From positions 28,148,001 to 28,212,000 of the forward strand of contig OZ024761.1 in NCBI GenBank assembly GCA_964016885.1: a DNA stretch of 64,000 nucleotides, given 5' to 3'. The position numbers were made by a program, and so were the translations under genes. Shown piece by piece: positions 41,085 through 57,180 of this stretch (positions within the stretch are counted from its first letter, which is position 1; the number at the start of each line of letters is the position of its first letter). The notes under the pieces were generated by a model. The model ran no database searches. It had not been told where the DNA came from and was given only the letters and a program-made list of their open reading frames with translations. Source of the DNA: Eledone cirrhosa (Eukaryota).

Positions 41085-41789
41085 TATTAATAATTATTAA
41101 TTAATTCTATCGTGCAATGCCTGTGCGTGAAGATGTTTTTCAAGTGAGGAAAGACTGTGCACTGAGCCAATCCCACTCTCTGAGCGACAGTAGCTATAAC
41201 CCGAAAAGATGAAAAGATCAACATCATCGGTAACTACTGAGCTGCAGGTTTTATATCGGAGTTATCCCAGTTTCCTGAGTTGCCTTCTCCTAGAAGAATG
41301 TCCTGACAAAGGCTTGGGGGTCCTTCACTCCCAGTGGTTTAACCGCGCGATCAGGTGTCCAGCCCGACTTTTTCTATGTCCCCGCGCATATGTACATACA
41401 CATGCACCCATGTATATACACATATACATATACATACATATGTTGACTTTTATGAGTTCTTCTGCCCTTTCTCAGGTTTTGTTTTTTTGTCCTGCAGGGT
41501 GTCCAAAATCACCCTCCTCACCAAGTAAACTTGGTGGGGTTGCCGGTTTAGTCACCGATGACCCGACCATGCGACAGGTTGTACGGGGGTCACATGTTAC
41601 CAGTAGCACTCAAGAGAGACCTGACATACCTACATACATGATAGACTGCCATGTAGTTACTTCCCATGCAGTTTTTGCGATTTAGACCTAAATAATTATA
41701 AATATGTAGGATGTGATTTGAGGGAGATTTGGCTGTAATTTCTCTCTGTAAGTGTGGTGGGCCTGTGTGTATGTGCGTGGGTTACACTG

Positions 41790-43812
41790 GGTAGGCAAGC
41801 ATGTGGGTGGTGGGTCTGTGTGGGTGGGTTGGTATGCATGTGGGTGGGTGGGTATGCATGTGGGTGGGTCTGTGTGTATGTGGGTGGTGGGTCTGAGTGC
41901 ATGGGTTGGTATGCATGTGGGTGGGTGGGTATGCATGTGGGTGGGTCTGTGTGTATGTGGGTGGTGGGTCTGTGTGTGTGGGTTGGTATGCATGTGGGTG
42001 GGTCTGTGTGTATGTGGGTGGTGGGTATGCATGTGGGTGGGTCTGTGTGTATGTGGGTGGTGGGTCTGTGTGTGTGGGTTGGTATGCATGTGGGTGGGTC
42101 TGTGTGTATGTGGGTGGTGGGTATGCATGTGGGTGGGTCTGTGTGTATGTGGGTGGTGGGTCTGAGTGTGATGGTTGGTATGCATGTGGGTGGGTCTGTG
42201 TGTATGTGGGTGGTGGGTCTGTGTGTGTGGGTTGGTATGCATGTGGGTGGGTCTGTGTGTATGTGGGTGGGTGGGTATGCATGTGGGTGGGTCTGTGTGT
42301 ATGTGGGTGGTGGGTCTGTGTGTGTGGGTTGGTATGCATGTGGGTGGGTCTGTGTGTATGTGGGTGGTGGGTATGCATGTGGGTGGGTCTGTGTGTATGT
42401 GGGTGGTGGGTCTGTGTGTATGTGGGTTGTGGGTCTGTGTGTGTGGGTTGGTATGCATGTGGGTGGGTCTGTGTGTATGTGGGTGGTGGGTCTGAGTGTG
42501 TGGGTTGGTATGCATGTGGGTGGGTCTGTGTGTATGTGGGTGGTGGGTCTGAGTGTGTGGGTTGGTATGCATGTGGGTGGGTCTGTGTGTATGTGGGTGG
42601 TGGGTCTGAGTGCGTGGGTTGGTATGCATGTGGGTGGGTCTGTGTGTATGTGGGTGGGTGGGTCTGTGTGTATGTGGGTGGTGGGTCTGAGTGTGTGGGT
42701 TGGTATGCATGTGGGTGGGTCTGTGTGTATGTGGGTGGTGGGTCTGAGTGTGTGGGTTGGTATGCATGTGGGTGGGTCTGTGTGTATGTGGGTGGTGGGT
42801 CTGAGTGTGTGGGTTGGTATGCATGTGGGTGGGTCTGTGTGTATGTGGGTGGTGGGTCTGAGTGCGTGGGTTGGTATGCATGTGGGTGGGTCTGTGTGTA
42901 TGTGGGTGGGTGGGTATGCATGTGGGTGGGTCTGTGTGTATGTGGGTGGTGGGTCTGTGTGTGTGGGTTGGTATGCATGTGGGTGGGTCTGTGTGTATGT
43001 GGGTGGTGGGTATGCATGTGGGTGGGTCTGTGTGTATGTGGGTGGTGGGTCTGTGTGTGTGGGTTGGTATGCATGTGGGTGGGTCTGTGTGTATGTGGGT
43101 GGTGGGTCTGAGTGTGATGGTTGGTATGCATGTGGGTGGGTCTGTGTGTATGTGGGTGGTGGGTCTGAGTGTGTGGGTTGGTATGCATGTGGGTGGGTCT
43201 GTGTGTATGTGGGTGGTGGGTCTGAGTGTGTGGGTTGGTATGCATGTGGGTGGGTCTGTGTGTATGTGGGTGGTGGGTCTGAGTGTGTGGGTTGGTATGC
43301 ATGTGGGTGGGTCTGTGTGTATGTGGGTGGTGGGTCTGTGTGTGTGGGTTGGTATGCATGTGGGTAGGTCTGTGTGTATGTGGGTAGTGGGTATGCATGT
43401 GGGTGGGTCTGTGTGTATGTGGGTGGTGGGTCTGTGTGTGTGGGTTGGTATGCATGTGGGTGGGTCTGTGTGTATGTGGGTGGTGGGTCTGAGTGTGATG
43501 GTTGGTATGCATGTGGGTGGGTCTGTGTGTATGTGGGTGGTGGGTCTGAGTGTGTGGGTTGGTATGCATGTGGGTGGGTCTGTGTGTATGTGGGTGGGTC
43601 TGAGTGTGATGGTTGGTATGCATGTGGGTGGGTCTGTGTGTATGTGGGTGGTGGGTCTGAGTGTGTGGGTTGGTATGCATGTGGGTGGGTCTGTGTGTAT
43701 GTGGGTGGGTCTGAGTGTGTGGGTTGGTATGCATGTGGGTGGGTCTGTGTACATGTGGGTGGGTGGGTTTGAGTGCATGTGGGTGGGTGGGTTTGAGTGC
43801 ATGTGGGTGGGT
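41790..43812. repeat. ~57-bp G-rich minisatellite
   Basis: Unit ggtatgcatgtgggtgggtctgtgtgtatgtgggtggtgggtctgagtgtgtgggtt. Confidence 0.95.
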
Positions 43813-43927
43813 AGGAAGTATTCTTTCTTTTTATGTTCACAGTTCTGTGGGATTGCATGACCATATTTAGTAAAATGCATATTTTGAGATGAAGAAAAAA
43901 TTGACCACTTCTTTCCCACAACAACAA

Positions 43928-43965
<38 letters not shown>

Positions 43966-44683
43966 GCAGCAACAACAACAACAACAACAAAAGTAATAAC
44001 AACAAAGAAACCTGAGGAAAAGACAACAAAAGTAGCCATATTATTGGTGCATACCACCAGCCACTAACACACACCGCCACACACTAACACACCACCACAC
44101 ACTAACACACAGCAGCACACACCAACACATACTACCACACAACCACCCACCACCAGATACTACCACACACTAACACAGACCAAGTCACCCTATCACACAC
44201 CACCACATACCACCACACACTACCACCGCACACTACCACCGCACACACCACCACCACCATACTAACACATTCTACATCACATTAGCACATAATACCCCAC
44301 ACCATCACATGATACCCTACACCACCACATACTAACCCCTCACCCACATACTACCACATACCAGCCACCACACATCACTGCATGCCACACCATTACATTT
44401 AATCACACCACACCTCCGCACTACTACCACCACAAACCAGATTAAACCACAGCACACAGCACCACATCACTACAAGACTGTGACCACCAACAACACCAAG
44501 AACACCACCAGCAGCACCACTACTACACCATATACTACAATACACCACCACTCAGCACCACACACCACACTACCACCTATGCACGTAATCAATACCAAGA
44601 AAGAAATTAGAAAATACAAACCAACGACAATGATACACACACACACATATATATACACACACACACACACACATATGTGTGTG

Positions 44684-44731
<48 letters not shown>

Positions 44732-44874
44732 TGTGTGTGTGTGTGTGTATATATGTGTGTGTGTGTATCATTGTCGTTGGTTTGTATATAAATATATATA
44801 TATTTACGTATATATATATATATATGTATATACATATATATATATTTAAATATATATATACATATATATATACG

Positions 44875-44906
<32 letters not shown>

Positions 44907-44914
44907 TATATATT

Positions 44915-44952
<38 letters not shown>

Positions 44953-46174
44953 TATAAATTTAAATATATATATATATATATATATAGTGATGAAACATAA
45001 ATGTATATATATATACACACACACACACACATATATATGTGTGTGTGCGTGTATAAGCAATCCAGTTATTATATGAAATGAAAAGTTCTTAAAGCAAAAT
45101 AAAATAATACAACAAAACTAAAACTAAAATTTAAAAAAAACAAATAATTAAATAAATTACAATTCTGAAATCACATTGTACCAAATCAAAACTGCAAGAG
45201 AAATAACATTCCTCCTTATAAATAAAGAATTATAGGATGGAAAATAAGAAAATAAAAATTTATATGATAAATAAAGAATGAAAAACATGTAGAAAATGAA
45301 AAAAAAATAAAAATAAATAAAATTATGTGAAAAATAAAACAAAATAAATTTATGTAAAAAATAAAAAATATGTGAAAGCTAAAGACAATAAAAGTTATGT
45401 GAAAATTAAAAAAATAAAAATTATGTGAAAAATGAAAAATAAAAATTATATGAAAAATTAAAAAAATCATAATTATATGAAAAAATAAAAATAAAAAATA
45501 AAAAATTATATGAAAAATTAAAGTATATATAAAGAAAATAAGAATTATATAAAAAACTAAAATATGAAAAAATAAAAATGCTTATATAAGATAGAATATG
45601 AATATAAAATAAAAGTTATATAATAAAAACAAAAATAAGAATGATAAGAAATAAAAATTATATATATATAAAAATTAAAAATGATATATATAAAAATTAA
45701 GAATTATGTACAAAAAATAAGAAGTATGTAGAAAAAGAATAAAAGTTATGTATAAAAAAGGAATTATATATATGAAAAAATAAGAATTATATATATAACA
45801 AATAAAAAATGCATAAAAATACTAAGAATTATATATATAAACAAATACAAAATGCATAGAAATACTAAGAATTATATATATAACTAATAAAAAATGCATA
45901 GAAATACTAAGAATTGTACAAAAAATATAAGAATTAATAATAAAAAACATATACAAATAATAAGAATTGTATATAAAAAAATAAGAATTATATATAAAAA
46001 ATATATAGAAATAGTAAGAATTGAGTATAAAAAACATATGAACTACATATAAAAACGTAATAATTATCATCATCAACATCCTAATTTTAAGGTCTACTTT
46101 CCTTAAACCAGCGATGATGATGATTCTGATGATTTTATACATAATTCTTATTTTTTACGTATAATAAAAGGAAG

Positions 46175-46224
<50 letters not shown>

Positions 46225-46491
46225 GTTATAGAAAGTGGATGCTGAAGCGAAGAAGAAAAAACGATACTTCCAACCCACCCAACATACCCTCAAATACACT
46301 CCACATTCGCCCCAATCACCCGGCAATAAAAATGGTTAAAAATGTAAAACTAAATACCCCAGAAAACCTTGAAACGAATCTAAATAAAACAACTAATTCT
46401 GCTGCAGAAAATATGAATCTAATCTAATCTAATAATAATAAAAATAATTAAATATATAAATGAATATAAGATTATATGTATATACACACAC

Positions 46492-46525
<34 letters not shown>

Positions 46526-46531
46526 ATATGT

Positions 46532-46619
<88 letters not shown>

Positions 46620-46648
46620 ATATGTATATATATATATATACATATATA

Positions 46649-46699
<51 letters not shown>

Positions 46700-46700
<1 letters not shown>

Positions 46701-46745
46701 GCTCTGATGAGTCCCACTTATAGTGCGGATGAAACAATGTTAGCA
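46700..46745 (+). ncRNA. Minimal type I hammerhead motif in a ~90-bp island inside (TA)n
   Basis: TGCT-CTGATGA-GTCC CAC TTATA GTG C GGAT-GAAAC-AAT-GTT|AGCA. Confidence 0.75.
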
Positions 46746-46825
46746 AGTAAAGATATGCATATGCTATAGGCGTTCTTTGTTATTTATTATATATATATAT
46801 ATATATACATATATGTATATATATG

Positions 46826-46884
<59 letters not shown>

Positions 46885-46953
46885 GTATATGTATGCATAT
46901 ATATATTTATATATATATGAATATGTATATACATATTTATATGTATATGTATG

Positions 46954-47001
<48 letters not shown>

Positions 47002-47070
47002 CACATATATATATATACATATATACACATATATATATACATATATATGTATATTTATATATATATATAC

Positions 47071-47126
<56 letters not shown>

Positions 47127-47288
47127 TTGCATATATATATATATGTTTATATATAAACCCATGCTAGTATGGTAAATGGATGGAAAACTGTGATTATATA
47201 TGCATATATGTATATATATATATATAAATATATATATAAATATATATATATATAAATATATATATATATATTTATATATAAATATAAA

Positions 47289-47325
<37 letters not shown>

Positions 47326-47794
47326 GTATATATGTATATATATATATATATACAAAAATATATAATTATCAAAAAACAAAATTGACTTGTTGCAAACATC
47401 TCAGGTATCCTGATTATGACTATTATAGATGGTGGCGTATGATTTGGTTATGGTGGTGGTGAGGGTGATGTTGTTGTGTTGGTGGTGGCGGTGGTGTGCT
47501 TTTGTGGCGGCGTTGGTGTATGATTTGGTGGTGGTGGTGGTGGTGGTGGTGGGGCTGGCAGTCGGGGTGGTGTGTAATTTGTTGGTGGTGATATCATCGG
47601 TGTTGAGATGGATATGTTGATGGGGATGCTGCTGGTGGTGGAGGGCTTGGTGGAGAGGGAATGGTGGTGTGTGGTTTGATGATGGTGGTGGTGTGCAGGA
47701 TGTTTGTGGTGATGTGGGCGCCGGTGCGAGCATGGGCGATGTTGATGTGATGAGGGCGATGGTACTCCTTTTGGTGTGGCTGTTGGTATTGGTG

Positions 47795-49500
47795 ATGGTC
47801 TTAGTGGTGTGGTGTGAGTGGTGGTGGTGTTGGTGTTGGTGTGTGTGTTGGTCTTAGTGGTGTGGTGTGAGTGGTGGTGGTGTTGGTGTTGGTGTGTGTG
47901 TTGGTCTTAGTGGTGTGGTGTGAGTGGTGGTGGTGTTGGTGTTGGTGTGTGTGTTGGTTTTAGTGGTGTGGTGTGAGTGGTGGTGGTGGTGGTGTTGGTG
48001 TTGGTGTGTGTATTGGTCTTAGTGGTGTGGTGTGAGTGGTGGTGGTGGTGTTGGTGTTGGTGTGTGTGTTGGTCTTAGTGGTGTGGTGTGAGTGGTGGTG
48101 GTGGTGTTGGTGTGTGTGTTGGTCTTAGTGGTGTGGTGTGAGTGGTGGTGGTGGTGGTGTTGGTGTGTGTGTTGGTCTTAGTGGTGTGGTGTGAGTGGTG
48201 GTGGTGGTGGTGTTGGTGTTGGTGTGTGTGTTGGTCTTAGTGGTGTGGTGTGAGTGGTGGTGGTGTTGGTGTGTGTGTTGGTCTTAGTGGTGTGGTGTGA
48301 GTGGTGGTGGTGGTGGTGGTGGTGTTGGTGTGTGGTGTTGGTCTTAGTGGTGTGGTGTGAGTGGTGTGGTGTGAGTGGTGGTGGTGGTGGTGTTGGTGTT
48401 GGTGTGTGTGTTGGTCTTAGTGGTGTGGTGTGAGTGGTGGTGGTGGTGGTGGTGTTGGTGTGTGTGTGTTGGTCTTAGTGGTGTGGTGTGAGTGGTGGTG
48501 GTGGTGGTATTGGTGTGTGTGTTGGTCTTGGTGGTGTGGTGTGAGTGGTGGTGGTGGTGTTGGTGTTGGTGTGTGTGTTGGTCTTAGTGGTGTGGTGTGA
48601 GTGGTGGTGGTGGTGGTGTTGGTATTGGTGTGTGTGTTGGTCTTAGTGGTGTGGTGTGAGTGGTGGTGGTGGTGGTGTTGGTGTGTGTGTTGGTCTTAGT
48701 GGTGTGGTGTGAGTGGTGGTGGTGGTGGTGGTGGTGTTGGTGTGTGTGTTGGTCTTAGTGGTGTGGTGTGAGTGGTGGTGGTGGTGTTGGTGTTGGTGTG
48801 TGTGTTGGTCTTAGTGGTGTGGTGTGAGTGGTGGTGGTGGTGGTGTTGGTGTTGGTGTGTGTGTTGGTCTTAGTGGTGTGGTGTGAGTGGTGGTGGTGGT
48901 GATGTTGGTGTTGGTGTGTGTGTTGGTCTTAGTGGTGTGGTGTGAGTGGTGGTGGTGGTGGTGGTGGTGTTGGTGTGTGTGTTGGTCTTAGTGGTGTGGT
49001 GTGAGTGGTGGTGGTGGTGGTGTTGGTGTTGGTGTGTGTGTTAGTCTTAGTGGTGTGGTGTGAGTGGTGGTGGTGGTGGTGTTGGTGTTGGTGTGTGTGT
49101 TGGTCTTAGTGGTGTGGTGTGAGTGGTGGTGGTGGTGGTGGTGTTGGTGTGTGTGTTGGTCTTAGTGGTGTGGTGTGAGTGGTGGTGGTGGTGGTGGTGT
49201 TGGTATTGGTGTGTGTGTTGGTCTTAGTGGTGTGGTGTGAGTGGTGGTGGTGGCGGTGTTGGTGTTGGTGTGTGTGTTGGTCTTAGTGGTGTGGTGTGAG
49301 TGGTGGTGGTGGTGTTGGTGTTGGTGGTGGTCTTAGTGGTGTGGTGTGACTGGTGGTGGTGGTGGTGGTGTTGGTGGTGGTGTGCTGTGTGTGTTAGTGG
49401 TGTGGTGTGACTGGTGGTGGTGTGGGTGTGCTGTGTGTGTTGGTCTTTGTAGTGTGGTGTGAGTGATGTTGGTGTTGGTGTGAGTGGTGGTGTTGGTCTT
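47795..49500. repeat. ~50-60-bp GT-rich minisatellite
   Basis: Unit ggtcttagtggtgtggtgtgagt(ggt)n gttggtgtgtgtgtt. Confidence 0.95.
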
Positions 49501-50063
49501 AGTGGTGTGATGTGAGTGGTTGTGGTGTTGGTGGTGTTGGTGTGCTGTGTGTGTGTGTTGGTGTTAGTGGTGATGGTGTCAGTGGTGGTTATGTTGTTGG
49601 TCTGTTGTATGTTTCAGTGTTAGTCTTAGTTATGTGGCGTCGGTATTGTTGTATTAGAGTTGTTTAGCCAGAGGCATGTTATGATTGTTGTTGTTGCTGT
49701 TGATCTTCCATAGAAAACTACTCAATAAATGTAGTAGAGGTTAACTTTTATTCAAAGTTGATGATTAACTCCTTCCATATTAAAACTTTTTTTTTAAAAA
49801 GTAATAAAGGTTTATATAAAGGCAGAAGACAAGAAAAAAAAGGAGGAACAATAGAGAACAGATAATCATTGAGGAGTTCACAGAATGTGTGACGTAAGAA
49901 CTTTGACAAACTGATGAATAACTAGTAACAAAGATAAAGTGAAGAAGTGAAAATCATATGATGTGTGTGTTTTCTTTTTATTAGCAATACTGGCAACATG
50001 ACCATTCCCAAATATAATAACATATGCAATATGTTTAAACATAAATTAACACACAATAGTCTT

Positions 50064-50387
50064 GCTGTATGTTTAAACAAAGGCATATATGTTATGTTTA
50101 TGTATAATTTAACATACAATAGTCTTGCTATCAATATTTTAAGTTGTGATCATGCCTCAGCTATTTCAGTAGCTGTATGTTTAAACAAAGGCATATATGT
50201 TATGTTTACGTATAATTTAACATACAATAGTCTTGCTATCAATATTTTAAGCTGTGATCATGTCTCAGCTATTTCAGTAGCTGTATGTTTAAACAAAGGC
50301 ATATATGTTATGTTTACGTATAATTTAACATACATGAGTCTTGCTATCAATATTTGAAGCTGTGATCATGTCAAAGATATTTCAGTG
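50064..50387. repeat. Three tandem copies of a 108-bp unit
   Basis: gctgtatgtttaaacaaagg.. starts at 50064, 50172 and 50280. Confidence 0.9.
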
Positions 50388-50527
50388 GAACCCATTAAAA
50401 TTTAGTGGGTGTGATTGATAGAAACAAGAGTGGGTCTGGGTAAGTTGGTATTATGGAGGTATCATGAGATTTGTTCCATGAGAAGTAGAGGGAAGAGGTG
50501 AAATGAAATGAAAGGTCAGTTACTCAC

Positions 50528-50608
50528 TTGATAGATGAAGAGAGTGAAGATAAACTGTCTAATCTTCGACTCTGGGATGTATAAAGTTCACAGGATTTGG
50601 ATTCTGTC
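50528..50608 (-). CDS. Srrm234: 81-nt Ser-rich coding exon, probably the same gene
   Basis: Acceptor ttttgttatttgcag|G, strong donor AA|gtgagt, phase 2-2, open frame TESKSCELYTSQSRRLDSLSSLSSSI(K); joins 27606 in frame. Confidence 0.7.
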
Positions 50609-50644
50609 CTGCAAATAACAAAATGTATATATGTATATATATAT

Positions 50645-51462
50645 ATATAAAGGTTTACATATATATATATATATATAAAGTCATAAATATATGTGTTTTG
50701 CAACGGGTCACTTTGTGGCTCAATGAAGAATTAATAAATTAAATAATCAGAGCTATATATCATAAAACATGTCTATAGAATCGCCAGATAAAATATATAC
50801 CTTTTCCTCTCCCAATTAGTATAATTAACCATATAAAAAATCAATTAGACCAAGCTAAAAGAATAAAGGCTCCTATTAAGACATCTCCAACAAATAACCG
50901 AAAGCAGCCCCTTCGCGGCGGTTACAACGGATTATTTATCGAATATTTCTACAGCATGTATAAATCGACCAGATATACAGTCAATTAAACAGAATTAGGT
51001 GTAAAATAAACTAGAAGAAAGTGTATATATTTAATTACCTCTACCATGGTTTCATCCGCATTTTAAGACATCCGATAACAGTGGAAATCTAGAGCTTCGG
51101 ATTCTTCAGGAAGTTAGCTCAAATTTAGGCAATTAATTTTCCAAAGTAATCGCGCTAAGAATACATTAAAAAATGGCTAAGAATCGTGGCAGCGGTCAAG
51201 TTAGAAAGGATGTGATTAGTAGCTTATGGCTGATAGGCTTTTTGCTAGAAAGCGCAGCCCAATACAGCCAAAATTGTATCTCAACCTAACGGGAGATTAT
51301 TACATATAAAGGTTTACATATATATATATATATATATAAAGTCATAAATATATATGTGTTTTGCAACGGGTCACTTTGTGGCTCAATGAAGAATTAATAA
51401 ATTAAATAATCGGAAACGGTATATATTTTATCTGGCGATTCTATAGACATGTTTTATGATAT
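50645..51462 (-). mobile_element. Non-coding PLE pLTR-type insertion with direct and inverted partial terminal duplications
   Basis: 50649-50750 directly repeated at 51308-51411; 50757-50800 inverted at 51418-51462; contains hammerhead 51037-51114; flanked by (TA)n; homologous to 971-1177. Confidence 0.7.
51037..51114 (-). ncRNA. Type I hammerhead ribozyme motif (PLE pLTR type)
   Basis: ACTTC-CTGAAGA-ATCCG...CGGAT-GAAAC-CATG-GTA|GAGGT: stem I ACTTC/GAGGT, stem II ATCCG/CGGAT, palindromic minimal stem III, GUA triplet. Confidence 0.8.
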
Positions 51463-51557
51463 ATATATATATATATATATGTACATACACATATATATAT
51501 ATGTATGTATATATATATATACATATATACGTACATACATATATATATATATATATG

Positions 51558-51901
51558 TCATCATCATCATCATTTCATTTTACGTCCACTTTTCCCTGCT
51601 TGCAAGGGTGGGACGGGAATTGATTCTGGCTTGATTTCTACAGCTGGATGCCCTTCCTAACACCAACCTCATTTACAGTGAGTGCTGGGTGCTTTTTTGC
51701 CGTGGCACCTCTACAACCACTTCACAGTGGAATGATAGGGATCCCAGTCCCTATCATCTCATTTCTACAGCTGAGTAAACTGGAGCAACGTGAAATAAAG
51801 TGTCTTGCTCAAGGAAACAACACATCACCCGGTCTGAGAATTGAACTCACAACCTTTCGATTGCAAGGCCAATGCTCTAACCACTAAGCCATGTGCCTCC
51901 A
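51558..51901 (-). mobile_element. SINE family B, full length
   Basis: Same consensus. Confidence 0.85.
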
Positions 51902-53739
<1,838 letters not shown>

Positions 53740-53741
<2 letters not shown>

Positions 53742-53868
53742 GCATTACTGGTACTTTATTTTATCGACCCCATAAGGATGAAAGGCAAAGTCAACCTCAG
53801 CGAGATTTGAACTCAGATCGTAAAGGGACGTAACTATGCTGGAAAGCATGGCGTCCGACCCTCTAGCG
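53740..53868 (-). mobile_element. SINE family A fragment truncating the PLE 3' end
   Basis: Family A consensus; a diverged relative follows at ~54050-54246 (+). Confidence 0.8.
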
Positions 53869-54467
53869 ATAGAAAATAATGAAACATTGCTTACAGTGTT
53901 GAATTTGTGACAAATGAGGCCCTGTGCTACTTAAGTTATAAAACCCTGTTCTTGGGCCTTGAAGTGGGTAATTCATCGTAAAAAAATTTGGCGGGCAGAA
54001 AGATGGACTTCCCCTGGCTAACGGGGCCCCTTGCTTAAGCACACCTAAGTCCAATGGTAAATCGAGGGTTGGTTGTTTATGAGTTGAATCTGTGTACATT
54101 CTGATTTCAAATACCACTAAGGGCAACTTCGTCATTTCTCCCACTGAGACCAATAAAATAAAGTACCAGTTAACTACTGGGGTTAGGGTAATCAACTGAC
54201 AGACCCTCCTCTAAATATTACTGGACTTGTGTCTAAATTAGAAACCATTTTTATAAAAATAATTCTTTTTTTGTGTTTGTTGCTGCTGTCCAATTTATTA
54301 TCATTGCAAACATACACACACACGTGTATACATACACAGTCAAATAGGCATATATATATATATATATAGATACACGCATATATATATATACATACACACA
54401 CAGACGTGTATACATACACAGTCAAACACGCATATATATATATATAGATACACGCACATACATATAA

Positions 54468-54504
<37 letters not shown>

Positions 54505-54524
54505 TACATAAATGCATACACTAG

Positions 54525-54558
<34 letters not shown>

Positions 54559-55648
54559 CTTATATAAATACACAGACACACATATATACATACATACATA
54601 CATACACACATATATATATATATACGCACTCACACATATATATATACATATGTATCCATACATAGACACACAAACACACGCACACCATTTACATATATAT
54701 ATATATAGATACACGCACATACATATATATATATACATACACACACACACACAGAGATATAGACACATACATACATACACTAGCACACACACATCTATAT
54801 ATATATATATATATATACTTATATAAATACACAGACACACATATATACATACATACACACACACACATTTATATACACGCACTCACCCACATATATATAC
54901 ATATGTATACATACATAGACACACACACACACGCACACCATTTACATATATATATAGATACACGCACATACATATATATACATACACACACACACACACA
55001 CACAGATATAGACACATACATACATACACTAGCACACATACATCTATATATATATATACTTATATAAATACACAGACACACATAAATACATACATACACA
55101 CACACACATATATATACACGCACTCACCCACATATATATACATATGTATACATACATAGACACACGCACACCATTTACATATATATATATATACATATAT
55201 ATATAAGTAGTTCAATAAGGTCGGGTTGATTTGTCTACCTTTGAAACTTTAACCTTTAATAAACAATACCTCTTCCCTCACCCACTCTGTCTCTCTCTCA
55301 CAACCTCTCTCTACCACACTTTTACTCCCACTTTCGCTGCCATCTTTCTCTTCCACCTTCTCCTTCCCACAGCCTCACTCTTTCTATCTCAACATCTCTC
55401 CACCACACTCTCTCTTTTTACCACAGTCTCTCTCTCTTTTTCTCCCCTTCTCTCTCTATCAAATTCTCTCTCCCACAGCCTCTATCATTCCCACCTTCTC
55501 TCTCCGGCAACTTCTCTCTCTCCCAGAAACTCTCTTTCTACCACAGCCTCTCTCTCTCATCTCTCCCACCCTCTCTCATTTCTTCCACCTCTCCAACACA
55601 ACAGTCTCCCCTCCCCTTTCCCACATTCCTCCTACCACAACCTCTCTC

Positions 55649-55703
<55 letters not shown>

Positions 55704-55764
55704 CTCTCATCTGTCCTACCTTCTATCCAGAACAATCTTTGCTCTTAAATTTACGACCAACACC

Positions 55765-57180
55765 ACAACCACCACCACCATCATCATCCCACTGACCAAC
55801 AACAACAATAACGGAACCACAACCAATACCACAATCAACACCATCACCACCACACCGTCTAACAACATCACAACCACCACCACCACCATCATCCCACTGA
55901 CCAACAACAACAATAACGGAACCACAACCAATACCACAATCAACACCATCACCACCACACCGTCTAACAACATCACAACCACCACCACCACCATCATCCC
56001 ACTGACCAACAACAACAATAACGGAACCACAACCAATACCACAATCAACACCATCACCACCACACCGTCTAACAACATCACAACCACCACCACCACCATC
56101 ATCCCACTGACCAACAACAACAATAACGGAACCACAACCAATACCACAATCAACACCATCACCACCACACCGTCTAACAACATCACAACCACCACCATCA
56201 TCCCACTGACCAACAACAACAATACTGGAACCACAACCAATACCACAATCAACACCATCACCACCACACCGTCTAACAACATCACAACCACCACCACCAC
56301 CATCATCCCACTGACCAACAACAACAATAACGGAACCACAACCAATACCACAATCAACACCATCACCACCACACCGTCTAACAACATCACAACCACCACC
56401 ATCATCCCACTGACCAACAACAACAATAACGGAACCACAACCAATACCACAATCAACACCATCACCACCACACCGTCTAACAACATCACAACCACCACCA
56501 CCACCATCATCCCACTGACCAACAACAATGCCGGAACCACAACCAATACCACAATCAACACCATCACCACCACACCGTCTAACAACATCACAACCACCAC
56601 CACCACCATCATCCCACTGACCAACAACAACAATAACGGAACCACAACCAATACCACAATCAACACCATCACCACCACACCGTCTAACAACATCACAACC
56701 ACCAACACCACCATCATCCCACTGACCAACAACAACAATAACGGAACCACAACCAATACCACAATCAACACCATCACCACCACACCGTCTAACAACATCA
56801 CAACCACCACCACCACCATCATCCCACTGACCAACAACAACAATAACAGAACCACAACCAATACCACAATCAACACCATCACCACCACACCGTCTAACAA
56901 CATCACAACCACCACCACCACCATCATCCCACTGACCAACAACAACAATAACAGAACCACAACCAATACCACAATCAACACCATCACCACCACACCATCT
57001 AACAACAAACAACATCAAAACCACCACCACCACCATCATCAACAATACCGGAACCACAACCAATACCACAATCAACACCACACCATCTAACAACAACACA
57101 ACCACCACCACCACCATCATCCCACTGACCAACAACAACAATAACGGAACCACAACCAATACCACAACCAACACGACCAT
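55765..57180. repeat. ~105-bp AC-rich minisatellite
   Basis: Unit cccactgaccaacaacaacaataacggaaccacaaccaatacc..; further AC-rich arrays at 57840-59020. Confidence 0.95.

Noticed and set aside
55231-57090. 619-aa mucin-like Thr/Asn ORF
   Set aside because: It is a 105-bp minisatellite, antisense within an intron, with no signal peptide or splice support. The same applies to the long ORFs at 5384-6793, 15401-17273 and 41688-44080.
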